From assembly GCA_910583525.1 (NCBI GenBank), contig CAJTXL010000009.1:6023-70022 (forward strand): a DNA stretch of 64,000 nucleotides, in the 5' to 3' direction. The notes below the pieces were generated by a model. That model ran no database searches. It had not been told where the DNA came from and worked only from the letters and a program-made list of their open reading frames with translations. Origin of the DNA: an uncultured Muribaculaceae bacterium. GTDB taxonomy: Bacteria > Bacteroidota > Bacteroidia > Bacteroidales > Muribaculaceae. Positions within the stretch are counted from its first letter, which is position 1; every line of letters begins with the position of its first letter. This document shows, in pieces, positions 15,756-23,667 of this stretch. A program made the translations under genes and the position numbers.

Positions 15756-16961
15756 TCAGCGGCATTTGTCGAGCGCTTCGGTGATGGCTTTTTTGTCGAG
15801 GTTTTGGCCGATGAAGACGAGCTTCACCATGCGGTCGCCGTATACGGGATCCCAGTCGGCGGCGAGGCCGGGTTCCTGGCGCATCAGTTGTTCGAGTTCT
15901 TCTTTGGGGGCCGTTGCGAACCAGTAGCCGGCTTCGGTGAGTTTCTTCTGCACGCCGGCCTGCTCGAAGAGGTATGACATGTCGGTGTTGTGCCTGAAGT
16001 ATAATATGCCTTTGGCGCGGATTATGTTGGAGGGCCACTGGCGTGCTATGAAGTAGTCGAATTTGTTTATGTCGAAGCCTGGGCGGCAGTGGTATACGAA
16101 TGTCTGTATGCCGTATTCTTCGGCTTCGCCTTCGTCGTGGTGGTGATGGTGGTGTTCGTGGCCGTGTTCATGTTCGTGCCCGTGGTGGCCGTGCTCGTCA
16201 TGGTCGTCATCATCGTCATCGTCGTGGTGGCCTTCGATTGCGTCAATCCATGCGGCTGATGTTGCGACGCGCTCAAAGTCGAACATTCGGGTGTCAAGCA
16301 GTTGTGTGAGGTCGATGTCGCAGTAGTCGCATTCGATGATTTTGGCTTTGGGCTGGAGTGCGCGGATTATGGCTTTTATGCGTCCGGCTTCTTCGGGTGT
16401 TACTTCGGATATTTTGTTGAGGAGTATTATGTTGCAGAATTCGATTTGTTCGATTACGAGGTTCTCGATGTCTTCTTCGTCGATGCCGGGGCGTTTGAGG
16501 TCTTCGCCGCAGGCGAACTCCGATTTCATACGCAGGGCGTCGACGACGGTGGCTATGCAGTCGAGGCGCGGCAGGCCGTGACGGGTGTATTTTGCTTCCA
16601 TGTTTGGCATGGAGCAGATGGTCTGCGCAATGGGTGCGGGTTCGCATATGCCGCTGGCTTCGATGACGATGTAGTCGAAGCGGCCTGTGGCGACGATGTC
16701 GCTGAGCTGTTCGACCAAATCCATTTTGAGGGTGCAGCAGATGCAGCCGTTCTGCAGCGCGACGAGGTCGCCTTGGTCTTTTTTGCCTACTACGCCGCCT
16801 TTCTGTATCAGCGAAGCGTCGATGTTGACTTCGCCTATGTCGTTTACTATTACGGCAAAGCGTATGCCGCGTTCGTTTGAGAGTATGCGGTTGAGCAGTG
16901 TTGTCTTTCCGCTGCCGAGGTAGCCGGTGAGCAGAAGTACGGGAATGTCTTTTTGTGCCAT
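15756..16961 (-). CDS. COG0523/CobW-family GTP-binding metallochaperone with His/Asp-rich insert
   Basis: The P-loop LLTGYLGSGKTTLLNRIL, a CxCC motif (NGCICCT), and the stretch HHDDDDDDDHDEHGHHGHEHEHGHEHHHHHHDEGE are typical of Zn-associated COG0523 GTPases. Confidence 0.85.
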   Translation of the reverse strand: MAQKDIPVLLLTGYLGSGKTTLLNRILSNERGIRFAVIVNDIGEVNIDASLIQKGGVVGKKDQGDLVALQNGCICCTLKMDLVEQLSDIVATGRFDYIVIEASGICEPAPIAQTICSMPNMEAKYTRHGLPRLDCIATVVDALRMKSEFACGEDLKRPGIDEEDIENLVIEQIEFCNIILLNKISEVTPEEAGRIKAIIRALQPKAKIIECDYCDIDLTQLLDTRMFDFERVATSAAWIDAIEGHHDDDDDDDHDEHGHHGHEHEHGHEHHHHHHDEGEAEEYGIQTFVYHCRPGFDINKFDYFIARQWPSNIIRAKGILYFRHNTDMSYLFEQAGVQKKLTEAGYWFATAPKEELEQLMRQEPGLAADWDPVYGDRMVKLVFIGQNLDKKAITEALDKCR

Positions 16962-16975
16962 TGGAATATATGGTT

Positions 16976-17018
16976 TACGGCCCGGAGCGGCATCGGGGTA
17001 GATGCAAGCTCCGGGCCG
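16976..17018 (-). terminator. 12-bp perfect GC-rich hairpin between nagB and the COG0523 gene
   Basis: acggcccggagc (16976-16987) pairs with gctccgggccgt (17007-17018), with a 19-nt loop. There is no clear U-tract on the minus strand. Confidence 0.35.
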
Positions 17019-17045
17019 TTATTTGATGTTATCGGGGAATGTTTA

Positions 17046-17855
17046 TCAGAATTGGGTGCCGGGGTCGAGGTTTGCTTTTTCGATGTCTTTGAAGTAACGG
17101 TATGTGCCTACTTTAAGTTCTTCGCAGGCTGCTTCGTCGGCAACGATAATTGCTTTGGGGTGCATCTGGAGTGCGGATATTGTCCACATCTGCGATATGC
17201 CGCCTTCGACGCCGTGGCGGAGTGCGCGGGCCTTGTTGTGGCCGTTGACCATGAGCATTACCGAGCGTGCGGCCATCACTGTGCCGACGCCGACGGTGAG
17301 GGCTGTCTTGGGCACGAGGTCGACGTTGCCTTCGAAGAAGCGCGAGTTGGCGATGATGGTGTCGGTGGTGAGTGTCTTTACGCGCGTACGTGATGTGAGC
17401 GACGAGCCGGGCTCGTTGAAGGCGATGTGGCCGTCGGGGCCTACGCCGCCCATGAAGAGGTCGATGCCGCCATATTTTTTGATTTTGTCTTCAAAGCGAG
17501 CGCATTCGGCAGCGAGGTCGGGAGCGTTGCCGTTGAGTATGTTTACGTTTTCGCGCGGAATGTCAATGTGGCTGAAGAAGTTGTTCCACATGAAGCTGTG
17601 GTAGCTTTCGGGGTGGTCTTCGGGCAGACCGACGTATTCGTCCATGTTGAATGTGACGACGTTTTTGAAAGATACTTTGCCTTCTTTGTGGAGTTCGATG
17701 AGGCGGCGGTACATGCCCAGTGGCGAGCTGCCGGTAGGGCATCCGAGCACGAAGGGTTTCTCGGGCGTGGGGTTTGCTTCGTTGATGCGTGCTGCGACGT
17801 AGTTGCCGGCCCAGCGCGAAAGGGTCTGATAGTCGGGTTCGATTACGAGTCTCAT
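17046..17855 (-). CDS. nagB: Glucosamine-6-phosphate deaminase
   Basis: [24 protein letters not shown]...[44 protein letters not shown]...; full-length NagB pattern. Confidence 0.92.
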   Translation of the reverse strand: MRLVIEPDYQTLSRWAGNYVAARINEANPTPEKPFVLGCPTGSSPLGMYRRLIELHKEGKVSFKNVVTFNMDEYVGLPEDHPESYHSFMWNNFFSHIDIPRENVNILNGNAPDLAAECARFEDKIKKYGGIDLFMGGVGPDGHIAFNEPGSSLTSRTRVKTLTTDTIIANSRFFEGNVDLVPKTALTVGVGTVMAARSVMLMVNGHNKARALRHGVEGGISQMWTISALQMHPKAIIVADEAACEELKVGTYRYFKDIEKANLDPGTQF

Positions 17856-17909
17856 TTGATAAGTCTAATTGGTCTAATTAGTCTGATTAGTTGTCAGTTG
17901 TGTATTTTC

Positions 17910-18557
17910 TTAGAAGAGCCAGGCGGCTGTTATTGTCCAATAATTGTTTTTGCTGTCGACTTTTGTGCCGTTGATTGGAGTGAGTGCGCTTACGGTCTTT
18001 GTCATGCCGAGGCCATATGATGCGCCGACCTGCAGGTGCGTGAAGAGCTGTAGGCCTATGCCGAAGTTCCATGCGACGTCGAACGATTTGTTCTCGTAAG
18101 CGTCGGTGATGGCTTTTTTCGATGCGAGGAACGCGAAGCTCGGGCCTGTGAAGACATAGGGCGATATGATTTTGCCTACGATAGGCAGGCCGATTTTGTA
18201 TTTGATGTTGAGGGGAATTTCGATGTAGTCGCGTTTTTTGTAGCGGTTGGAGTTTAGCAGGTCAGCTGTCGGGTCATCTGACGGTTTCAGTTGGTTGCCT
18301 TTGTAGTTTGAATCGGATACGCGGTGCACGTACATCACCGAAAGGTCGAAACCGAGATTGATTACGGGGATTGTGAATTCGGCCTGTACGCCGCCTGTGA
18401 AACCGGCGCGGTTGTCGTTGTTGAAGACGTCTTTGTCGAGGCGCATTGAGTTTACGGCAACGCCTACGCGCGGACCGATGCGGAACTGTGCCATGGCAGG
18501 CATGGCAGCAACCATTATCATTGCGATGGTCAGCGTCAGTGCTTTCAGTTTTTTCAT
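17910..18557 (-). CDS. Small outer-membrane beta-barrel (porin-family/PorT-like fold) protein
   Basis: 215 aa; signal peptide MKKLKALTLTIAMIMVAAMPAMA/Q; 8-strand-type pattern; C-terminus WTITAAWLF. Confidence 0.7.
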   Translation of the reverse strand: MKKLKALTLTIAMIMVAAMPAMAQFRIGPRVGVAVNSMRLDKDVFNNDNRAGFTGGVQAEFTIPVINLGFDLSVMYVHRVSDSNYKGNQLKPSDDPTADLLNSNRYKKRDYIEIPLNIKYKIGLPIVGKIISPYVFTGPSFAFLASKKAITDAYENKSFDVAWNFGIGLQLFTHLQVGASYGLGMTKTVSALTPINGTKVDSKNNYWTITAAWLF

Positions 18558-18687
18558 ATTGGAGTAATGGATTGATTGAATATTCAGCTGTTTATGTTGC
18601 CGCGAGGTTTACGGCACAACGCAAAATTACAATTTTTAATGCACAAAAGCACTATGTTGGGCGGAAAAATTTGTAATTTTGCTCATT

Positions 18688-19008
18688 ATGAACGCAGAAC
18701 AACGCCTACAAATCGAAGAAAAAGTGGTCGAGACGCTCCGCACGGTCTACGACCCCGAGATACCTGTCGATATCTATTCGCTCGGACTGGTTTACCGCAT
18801 CGACCTTGCCGATTCGGGCGACCTGACTGTGGACATGACGCTGACTGCGCCGAACTGCCCGATGGCCGATTTCATTCTCGAAGATGTGCGTATGAAGCTT
18901 GAGGGCATCGAGGGCGTTGCGGGCGTGACGGTGAACATTGTCTTTGAACCTGAGTGGACGCAGGACATGATGAGCGAGGAAGCCAAGCTCGAACTGGGGC
19001 TGCTATGA
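18688..19008 (+). CDS. DUF59/SufT-like Fe-S assembly protein
   Basis: MNAEQRLQIEEKVVETLRTVYDPEIPVDIYSLGLVYRIDL...LTAPNCPMADF...; classic DUF59 (MIP18) motif. The ATG at 18688 is preferred over the TTG at 18679. Confidence 0.8.
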   Translation: MNAEQRLQIEEKVVETLRTVYDPEIPVDIYSLGLVYRIDLADSGDLTVDMTLTAPNCPMADFILEDVRMKLEGIEGVAGVTVNIVFEPEWTQDMMSEEAKLELGLL

Positions 19009-19781
19009 GCGGAATGCCGAAACAGCGGAGCCGCACTTATTTTCTGAGCGACATACACTTGGGAGCGAGCTACGTGTCCGACCGCATCGCTCACGAGCGG
19101 CGTGTGGTGGAGTTTCTGCGCTCGATAGAGACCGACGCACGCGCCGTCTATCTTCTTGGCGACATCCTCGACTATTGGTTTGAATACCGCACGGTGGTGC
19201 CGCGAGGATATGTGCGTTTCTTAGGGCAGCTCGCACGCATGGCCGACATGGGCATAGAAATCGTGTGGTTCATAGGCAACCACGACATATGGCTGTTCGA
19301 CTATCTGCGCGATGAAATAGGGCTTCGCATAGTCGATACTTCGGAAGGAGGCATCCACGAGGAAATCGACGGCACGCATTTTTTTCTCGGCCACGGCGAT
19401 ACTTTCGGACGTCAGCCGTTTTCATACCGTGCCCTCAGGGCGCTGTTCCACAACCGTTTTTGTCAAAAGCTTTATGCCGGCATCCATCCTCGGTGGACGA
19501 TACCGTTCGCGCACGGGTGGAGTTCGCACAGCCGCAAGGGCAGCGCACGGCCTTCGGCTGTCTTCGGTGCCAAGGCGCGAGCGGCGGTCGAGGTGTTTGC
19601 GCGGAGCCTGTGTTCGCGCGACCCTGAGCTGAGGTACATCATCATCGGCCATCATCATGTTGCGCTCGACGAGCCTGTCACGCCCGGTTGCCGTCTGCTC
19701 ATCCTCGGCAATTGGCTCGACCGCTCGACATATGCCGTGTTCGACGGTCGGGAGCTGGAGCTACGCGAGTACGAGCGCTGA
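19005..19781 (+). CDS. lpxH: UDP-2,3-diacylglucosamine diphosphatase-like metallophosphoesterase
   Basis: MSGMPKQRSRTYFLSDIHLG...YLLGDILDYWFEY...GNHD...GHGD; calcineurin-like motifs in LpxH order. The ATG overlaps the DUF59 stop (ATGA). Confidence 0.7.
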   Translation: MSGMPKQRSRTYFLSDIHLGASYVSDRIAHERRVVEFLRSIETDARAVYLLGDILDYWFEYRTVVPRGYVRFLGQLARMADMGIEIVWFIGNHDIWLFDYLRDEIGLRIVDTSEGGIHEEIDGTHFFLGHGDTFGRQPFSYRALRALFHNRFCQKLYAGIHPRWTIPFAHGWSSHSRKGSARPSAVFGAKARAAVEVFARSLCSRDPELRYIIIGHHHVALDEPVTPGCRLLILGNWLDRSTYAVFDGRELELREYER

Positions 19782-19827
19782 AAAAAAATACCTATTTTTG
19801 GGTATTTCATGCCCGTTGTACCTTCTG

Positions 19828-19835
19828 TAACTTTG
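19828..19835 (+). promoter_or_regulatory. Consensus -7 box TAacTTTG in the lpxH-downstream spacer
   Basis: taactttg lies at 19828-19835. An intrinsic terminator follows about 40 nt downstream. Confidence 0.25.
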
Positions 19836-19866
19836 CATCAGAAATTTACGGAATTGTTTGTGACAT

Positions 19867-19903
19867 AAAAAACTCCACGACGATGATGCCGTGGAGTTTT
19901 TTT
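19867..19903 (+). terminator. Intrinsic terminator hairpin with A- and T-tracts
   Basis: aaaaaa ctccacg (19873-19879), a 10-nt loop, then cgtggag (19890-19896) ttttttt. Confidence 0.6.
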
Positions 19904-19924
19904 GGATTTGTACCGATAAATTTT

Positions 19925-19932
19925 TAATTTTG
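19925..19932 (+). promoter_or_regulatory. Candidate -7 box TAatTTTG for the 19972 gene
   Basis: taattttg lies 40 nt upstream of ATG 19972. Confidence 0.35.
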
Positions 19933-19971
19933 CATGTTGCATTTATAATTATAAAAACCATTCTAACAGCT

Positions 19972-21255
19972 ATGTTCCGTACAACTTTTTTGCGGCTGTC
20001 GCTTGCTCTTGCCATGGCAATCGTAGGCGTTGCCGACTTGTTTGCCGACATTGTGGTGCTTGCCGACGGCACCACAAAGACGGTGTATAATATCGAAGTC
20101 GCCTCGAAATATCTATATTACACGCAGACTCCCCAAGATGAAAACATAGAGCGTATTCCTTTAGATAAGGTATTCGCATATAAAATCGGCGACGGCCAGC
20201 TTGTGGCACTGAATGGCGCTCAGGCGCCTGTTGCGGCCGAGCGGGCTGCGGCTCCCCAGGCAGATACGCCGGTCGGAGAGGTTGCCCCCGTCCCCTCGGC
20301 CGACAACTTGCGGCTCATCGGTCTCTATAACAGCCACGCTCCGTTGGAGTATAAAGGCAAAAAGCCGCAGCCTGACAAATACACCGGTTATTTCATCTCT
20401 CTGTGGGGCATGGAAGAAACGTCGGTGTTGTCGGACAGCGTTCTGGAAATCGGATTCGAGCATGTATACCTCGACGGCGACAAAGACCGAAGCGTTGTCG
20501 GCGAGCGGCTGAAAGTGACCAACAAGACATCTGTGCCGGTCTACATAGACCTTGCCAACTCTTTCAGGCTGATGAACAACGGGTATTCAGAACCGTATTT
20601 CACGAATTCGGTGTATAACGAGGGGGCTTCTTCGACAGCCGGCGGAAGCCTCAATTTGGGCGCCGTGACAAATGCGCTTGGCGTAGGGGGCGCAGTCGGA
20701 GCGCTTGCCAACGGAATAAATGTCGGCAAGGCGGATACTCGTTCGGCAGGCATATCGAAGGCCGAGCAGCAGTATCTTGTTGTGCCTCCGCGAAGCTCGG
20801 TTACCATGCCTGGCCGTAAGGTGTCGAACGGCAAGACGATATTGGAGTGCTACGAGCCTATTTATTTCAGCCAAAAGAAAATAGGAGAGTCTCAAGAAAA
20901 GTATTATCTGAAAGAAGGATGGGTCACGGAACTGACAATGATAGAAGATATGAAAGCGCAAAAGGTGGCTGATGACCAGGCCGCCACCCGTGAGTCGCTT
21001 GAAATAAAACGCTGGCTGCAGACCGACTATACGCCCGAAAACACACCCAAGAAGCTGGGCTGGATAGTCACGTATTCGACGCAGCCCGATTTCAGCCGTT
21101 ATACGTCTTTGCCCGTACATATGTTTATGAGAGGCGCTTTCGGCTTGAATGTCAATAGCAACAGTTACTATTTTTACTATAATGCCAAAACGTATGATAT
21201 TTCGCCGAACCTCGATTATATGATAACCGGCGGAGGACGTGTTGGCAAGAGGTAA
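19972..21255 (+). CDS. Hypothetical exported protein (427 aa)
   Basis: ATG 19972 gives MFRTTFLRLSLALAMAIVGVADLFA (signal peptide). There is a Gly/Ala-rich central patch (GGSLNLGAVTNALGVGGAVGALANG). No family recognised. Confidence 0.55.
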   Translation: MFRTTFLRLSLALAMAIVGVADLFADIVVLADGTTKTVYNIEVASKYLYYTQTPQDENIERIPLDKVFAYKIGDGQLVALNGAQAPVAAERAAAPQADTPVGEVAPVPSADNLRLIGLYNSHAPLEYKGKKPQPDKYTGYFISLWGMEETSVLSDSVLEIGFEHVYLDGDKDRSVVGERLKVTNKTSVPVYIDLANSFRLMNNGYSEPYFTNSVYNEGASSTAGGSLNLGAVTNALGVGGAVGALANGINVGKADTRSAGISKAEQQYLVVPPRSSVTMPGRKVSNGKTILECYEPIYFSQKKIGESQEKYYLKEGWVTELTMIEDMKAQKVADDQAATRESLEIKRWLQTDYTPENTPKKLGWIVTYSTQPDFSRYTSLPVHMFMRGAFGLNVNSNSYYFYYNAKTYDISPNLDYMITGGGRVGKR

Positions 21256-21283
21256 GAAGGCATTTAGCCCTTAGACTATAAAA

Positions 21284-21320
21284 ATCGCCCCTGAACAGCG
21301 CTGCGCTGTTCAGGGGCGAT
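21284..21320. terminator. 17-bp perfect hairpin, bidirectional terminator between convergent genes
   Basis: atcgcccctgaacagcg (21284-21300), loop ctg, then cgctgttcaggggcgat (21304-21320), flanked by aaaa and ttt. Confidence 0.75.
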
Positions 21321-21341
21321 TTCTGTATCTGAGGATGTGTT

Positions 21342-22718
21342 TTATTCGAAAGAGCCCATTTTGAGGTAGTTGACTTCTTCTTGTGTGAGGTAGCGCCAGC
21401 GTCCGCGGGGCAGGTTCTTCTTGGTGAGGCCGGCGAAGTATACGCGGTCGAGTTTGACGACGTGGTAGCCGAGCGACTCGAATATGCGGCGCACGATGCG
21501 GTTGCGGCCTGAGTGGATTTCGATGCCTGCCTGGTTGCGGTCGGTCTCTGTTGCGTAGCTTATGGCGTCGGCGTGTATGGGGCCGTCGTCGAGTTCGATG
21601 CCGTCGGCGATGCGCTGCATGTCGTCTTCAGAGATGTCGCGGTCGCACCATACGTGGTATATTTTTTTCTTGACGAATTTGGGGTGTGTGAGCTTCGAGG
21701 CGAGGTCGCCGTCGTTGGTGAGCAGGAGCACGCCGGTTGTGTTGCGGTCGAGGCGTCCGACGGGGTATATGCGCTCGTTGCATGCGCCTTTGACGAGGTC
21801 CATGACGGTGAGGCGCCCGTTGGGGTCGTCGCTTGTGGTGACGCAGTCTTTGGGTTTGTTGAGCAGGATGTAGCATTTGCTCTGCAGGGTCACGACTTTT
21901 TCGTCGTATTCGACAACGTCGTTGTGCGTGATTTTTGTGCCGAGTTCCGTTACAACCTGTCCGTTTACTTTTACGAGGCCCTGCTGGATGAATTCGTCGG
22001 CTTCGCGGCGCGAGCATATGCCTGCGTTGCTCATGTATTTGTTGAGGCGAATCTGTTCGTTCGGGTCGGGGATTTCGACTTCGTACTCAACGCGTTTGGG
22101 GCGCGGCGTGAAGCTTTTGCCGCGAGCCTGGAATGAGCCGTCGCCTTGAGGCCGGTTGTTGTAGGGCCGTTTGTTATAGCCGCCCTGGTTGTTGTAAGGG
22201 CGCTTGTTGTAACCGCCCTGGTTGTTGTAGGGCCGCTGTTGGCGTTCGCCGTTGTTGTTGTAGCCGCCTTGGTTGTTGTAATTGTTGTTGTAGGGGCGTT
22301 TGTTGTAACCGCCCTGGTTGTTGTAGGGGCGTTGCTGGCGTTCGCCGTTGTTGTAGCCGCCCTGATTGTTGTAGTTGTTGTAGGGGCGCTGTTGGCGTTG
22401 GCCGTTGTTGTAGTTGTTGTAAGGGCGTTGCTGGCGCGGTTGATATGGGCGGGGCTGGTATTCGTTGTTTTCTCCGTCGTGGTTATTGTAGTTGTTGTAG
22501 GGACGTTGCTGGTGGGGCCCATTGTTGTATCCGCCTTGGCGCGGCTGGTATGGGCGTTTTGGACGGAAGCCGTCTCCTTCGCCTTCGCCATCGGCTTCGG
22601 GAGTGCGTGGTTTGTACCCGGTGTTGTTGAGATTTCCGTCGTTGCCCTCCTCGGGTGCGCGGAAAGGTTGTCCGATACGCGGACGTTTAGGTTTTTTTTC
22701 GTTGGAGTTAGTGTCCAT
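21342..22718 (-). CDS. rluB: RluB/RsuA-family pseudouridine synthase with S4 domain and a ~220-aa low-complexity N-terminus
   Basis: S4 domain: IRLNKYMSNAGICSRREADEFIQQGLVKVNG. Catalytic region: LLNKPKDCVTT...IYPVGRLDRNTTGVLLLTNDGDL. The N-terminus consists of RPYNN/GGYNN repeats. Confidence 0.85.
   Translation of the reverse strand: MDTNSNEKKPKRPRIGQPFRAPEEGNDGNLNNTGYKPRTPEADGEGEGDGFRPKRPYQPRQGGYNNGPHQQRPYNNYNNHDGENNEYQPRPYQPRQQRPYNNYNNGQRQQRPYNNYNNQGGYNNGERQQRPYNNQGGYNKRPYNNNYNNQGGYNNNGERQQRPYNNQGGYNKRPYNNQGGYNKRPYNNRPQGDGSFQARGKSFTPRPKRVEYEVEIPDPNEQIRLNKYMSNAGICSRREADEFIQQGLVKVNGQVVTELGTKITHNDVVEYDEKVVTLQSKCYILLNKPKDCVTTSDDPNGRLTVMDLVKGACNERIYPVGRLDRNTTGVLLLTNDGDLASKLTHPKFVKKKIYHVWCDRDISEDDMQRIADGIELDDGPIHADAISYATETDRNQAGIEIHSGRNRIVRRIFESLGYHVVKLDRVYFAGLTKKNLPRGRWRYLTQEEVNYLKMGSFE
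22149..22562 (-). repeat. Degenerate tandem coding repeats (QQRPYNNYNN / QGGYNKRPYNN) in the rluB 5' region
   Basis: Recurrent DNA such as gttgttgtaggg.cg.t.g..g / gccctggttgttgta. Protein residues ~53-190 are almost entirely N, Q, Y, G, R and P. Confidence 0.8.
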
Positions 22719-23137
22719 ATCTTAGATGGTTTGTTGTGTTTTCGGTGTTGAACTATAGGCGATTATGCCGCCTTCTCGGCGAAAGTTGCATTTGTCGGCG
22801 GATTTTGGCATTTGCCGTATTTGCGGTAATGAAAATGGAGTTTTTTTGTTTTGTGTTCTGGAAACGTGTTTTGCAAACAGAAACCTTAATGTGATATACG
22901 TTGCAAAATTAATAAATTAAAGCTCCGCACATCGTTAAATATTCTTAAATCAATATCAACGCGTTTCCTTTCTATTGAAAACATGGAAAACGCGGTTCTT
23001 GTTCAGAAGTTGTGGCGTCAAAAAGAAATGTAGCGTAAAAATGCCCAAAAATCTTTAATTTACAAATCTTTAGGTGTCTGCAAGGCGTTTATTGGACAGT
23101 TAACTTATGATTCATCGATAAAAATTGGTATATCTCT

Positions 23138-23641
23138 ATGGCTTCAGAAACTTTCCAGAACAAACTCCTCTCTGTGCAAAGCAATTTGCTGAGTTTTGCC
23201 TATACCTTGACCTCGAACCGCGAGGATGCCTATGACCTTCTGCAGGATACGACGCTCAAGGCTCTTGACAACGAAGACAAATATGTCGAGAACGTGAATT
23301 TCAAGGGCTGGGTGTTTACCATAATGCGCAACCTGTTCATAAACAAATACCGGCGCAATGTCCGCTCTGCCGTTATCATTGACTCGAGCGATGACCTGTA
23401 TATACTCAATGTGTCGCAGGATTCGGGCTTCGAGACTCCCGAAGGGGCGCTGTCGGCCAAGGAAATCTCGGATATGATTGCCGGGTTTTCGGAGGAACTC
23501 CGCGTGCCGTTTTCAATGTATCTTGCCGGGTATAAATATGCCGAGATAGCAGAGCGTATGGTTCTGCCTCTCGGCACTGTCAAAAGCCGCATTTTTATGG
23601 CGCGGAAACGTCTTCAGCGCACACTTGGCGGTTATCGTTAG
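23138..23641 (+). CDS. ECF-type RNA polymerase sigma-70 factor
   Basis: 167 aa. Region 2: REDAYDLLQDTTLKAL...FKGWVFTIMRNLFINKYRR. Region 4: YKYAEIAERMVLPLGTVKSRIFMARKRL. Ends with TAG. Confidence 0.85.
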   Translation: MASETFQNKLLSVQSNLLSFAYTLTSNREDAYDLLQDTTLKALDNEDKYVENVNFKGWVFTIMRNLFINKYRRNVRSAVIIDSSDDLYILNVSQDSGFETPEGALSAKEISDMIAGFSEELRVPFSMYLAGYKYAEIAERMVLPLGTVKSRIFMARKRLQRTLGGYR

Positions 23642-23667
23642 CTTTTGAGGGTGTGCGCATGGTTCTT

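Noticed and set aside
16120-16240. His/Asp-rich run in the COG0523 gene as a possible frameshift-prone repeat or separate element
   Set aside because: It is in frame within a complete GTPase, and such His-rich inserts are a known feature of Zn-linked COG0523 proteins.
22133-22751. Plus-strand ORFs of Cys/Arg- or Val-rich repeats (22133..22630, 22146..22751)
   Set aside because: They are the antisense reading of the rluB N/Q/Y repeat DNA. The minus-strand frame continues into a bona fide S4/pseudouridine synthase.
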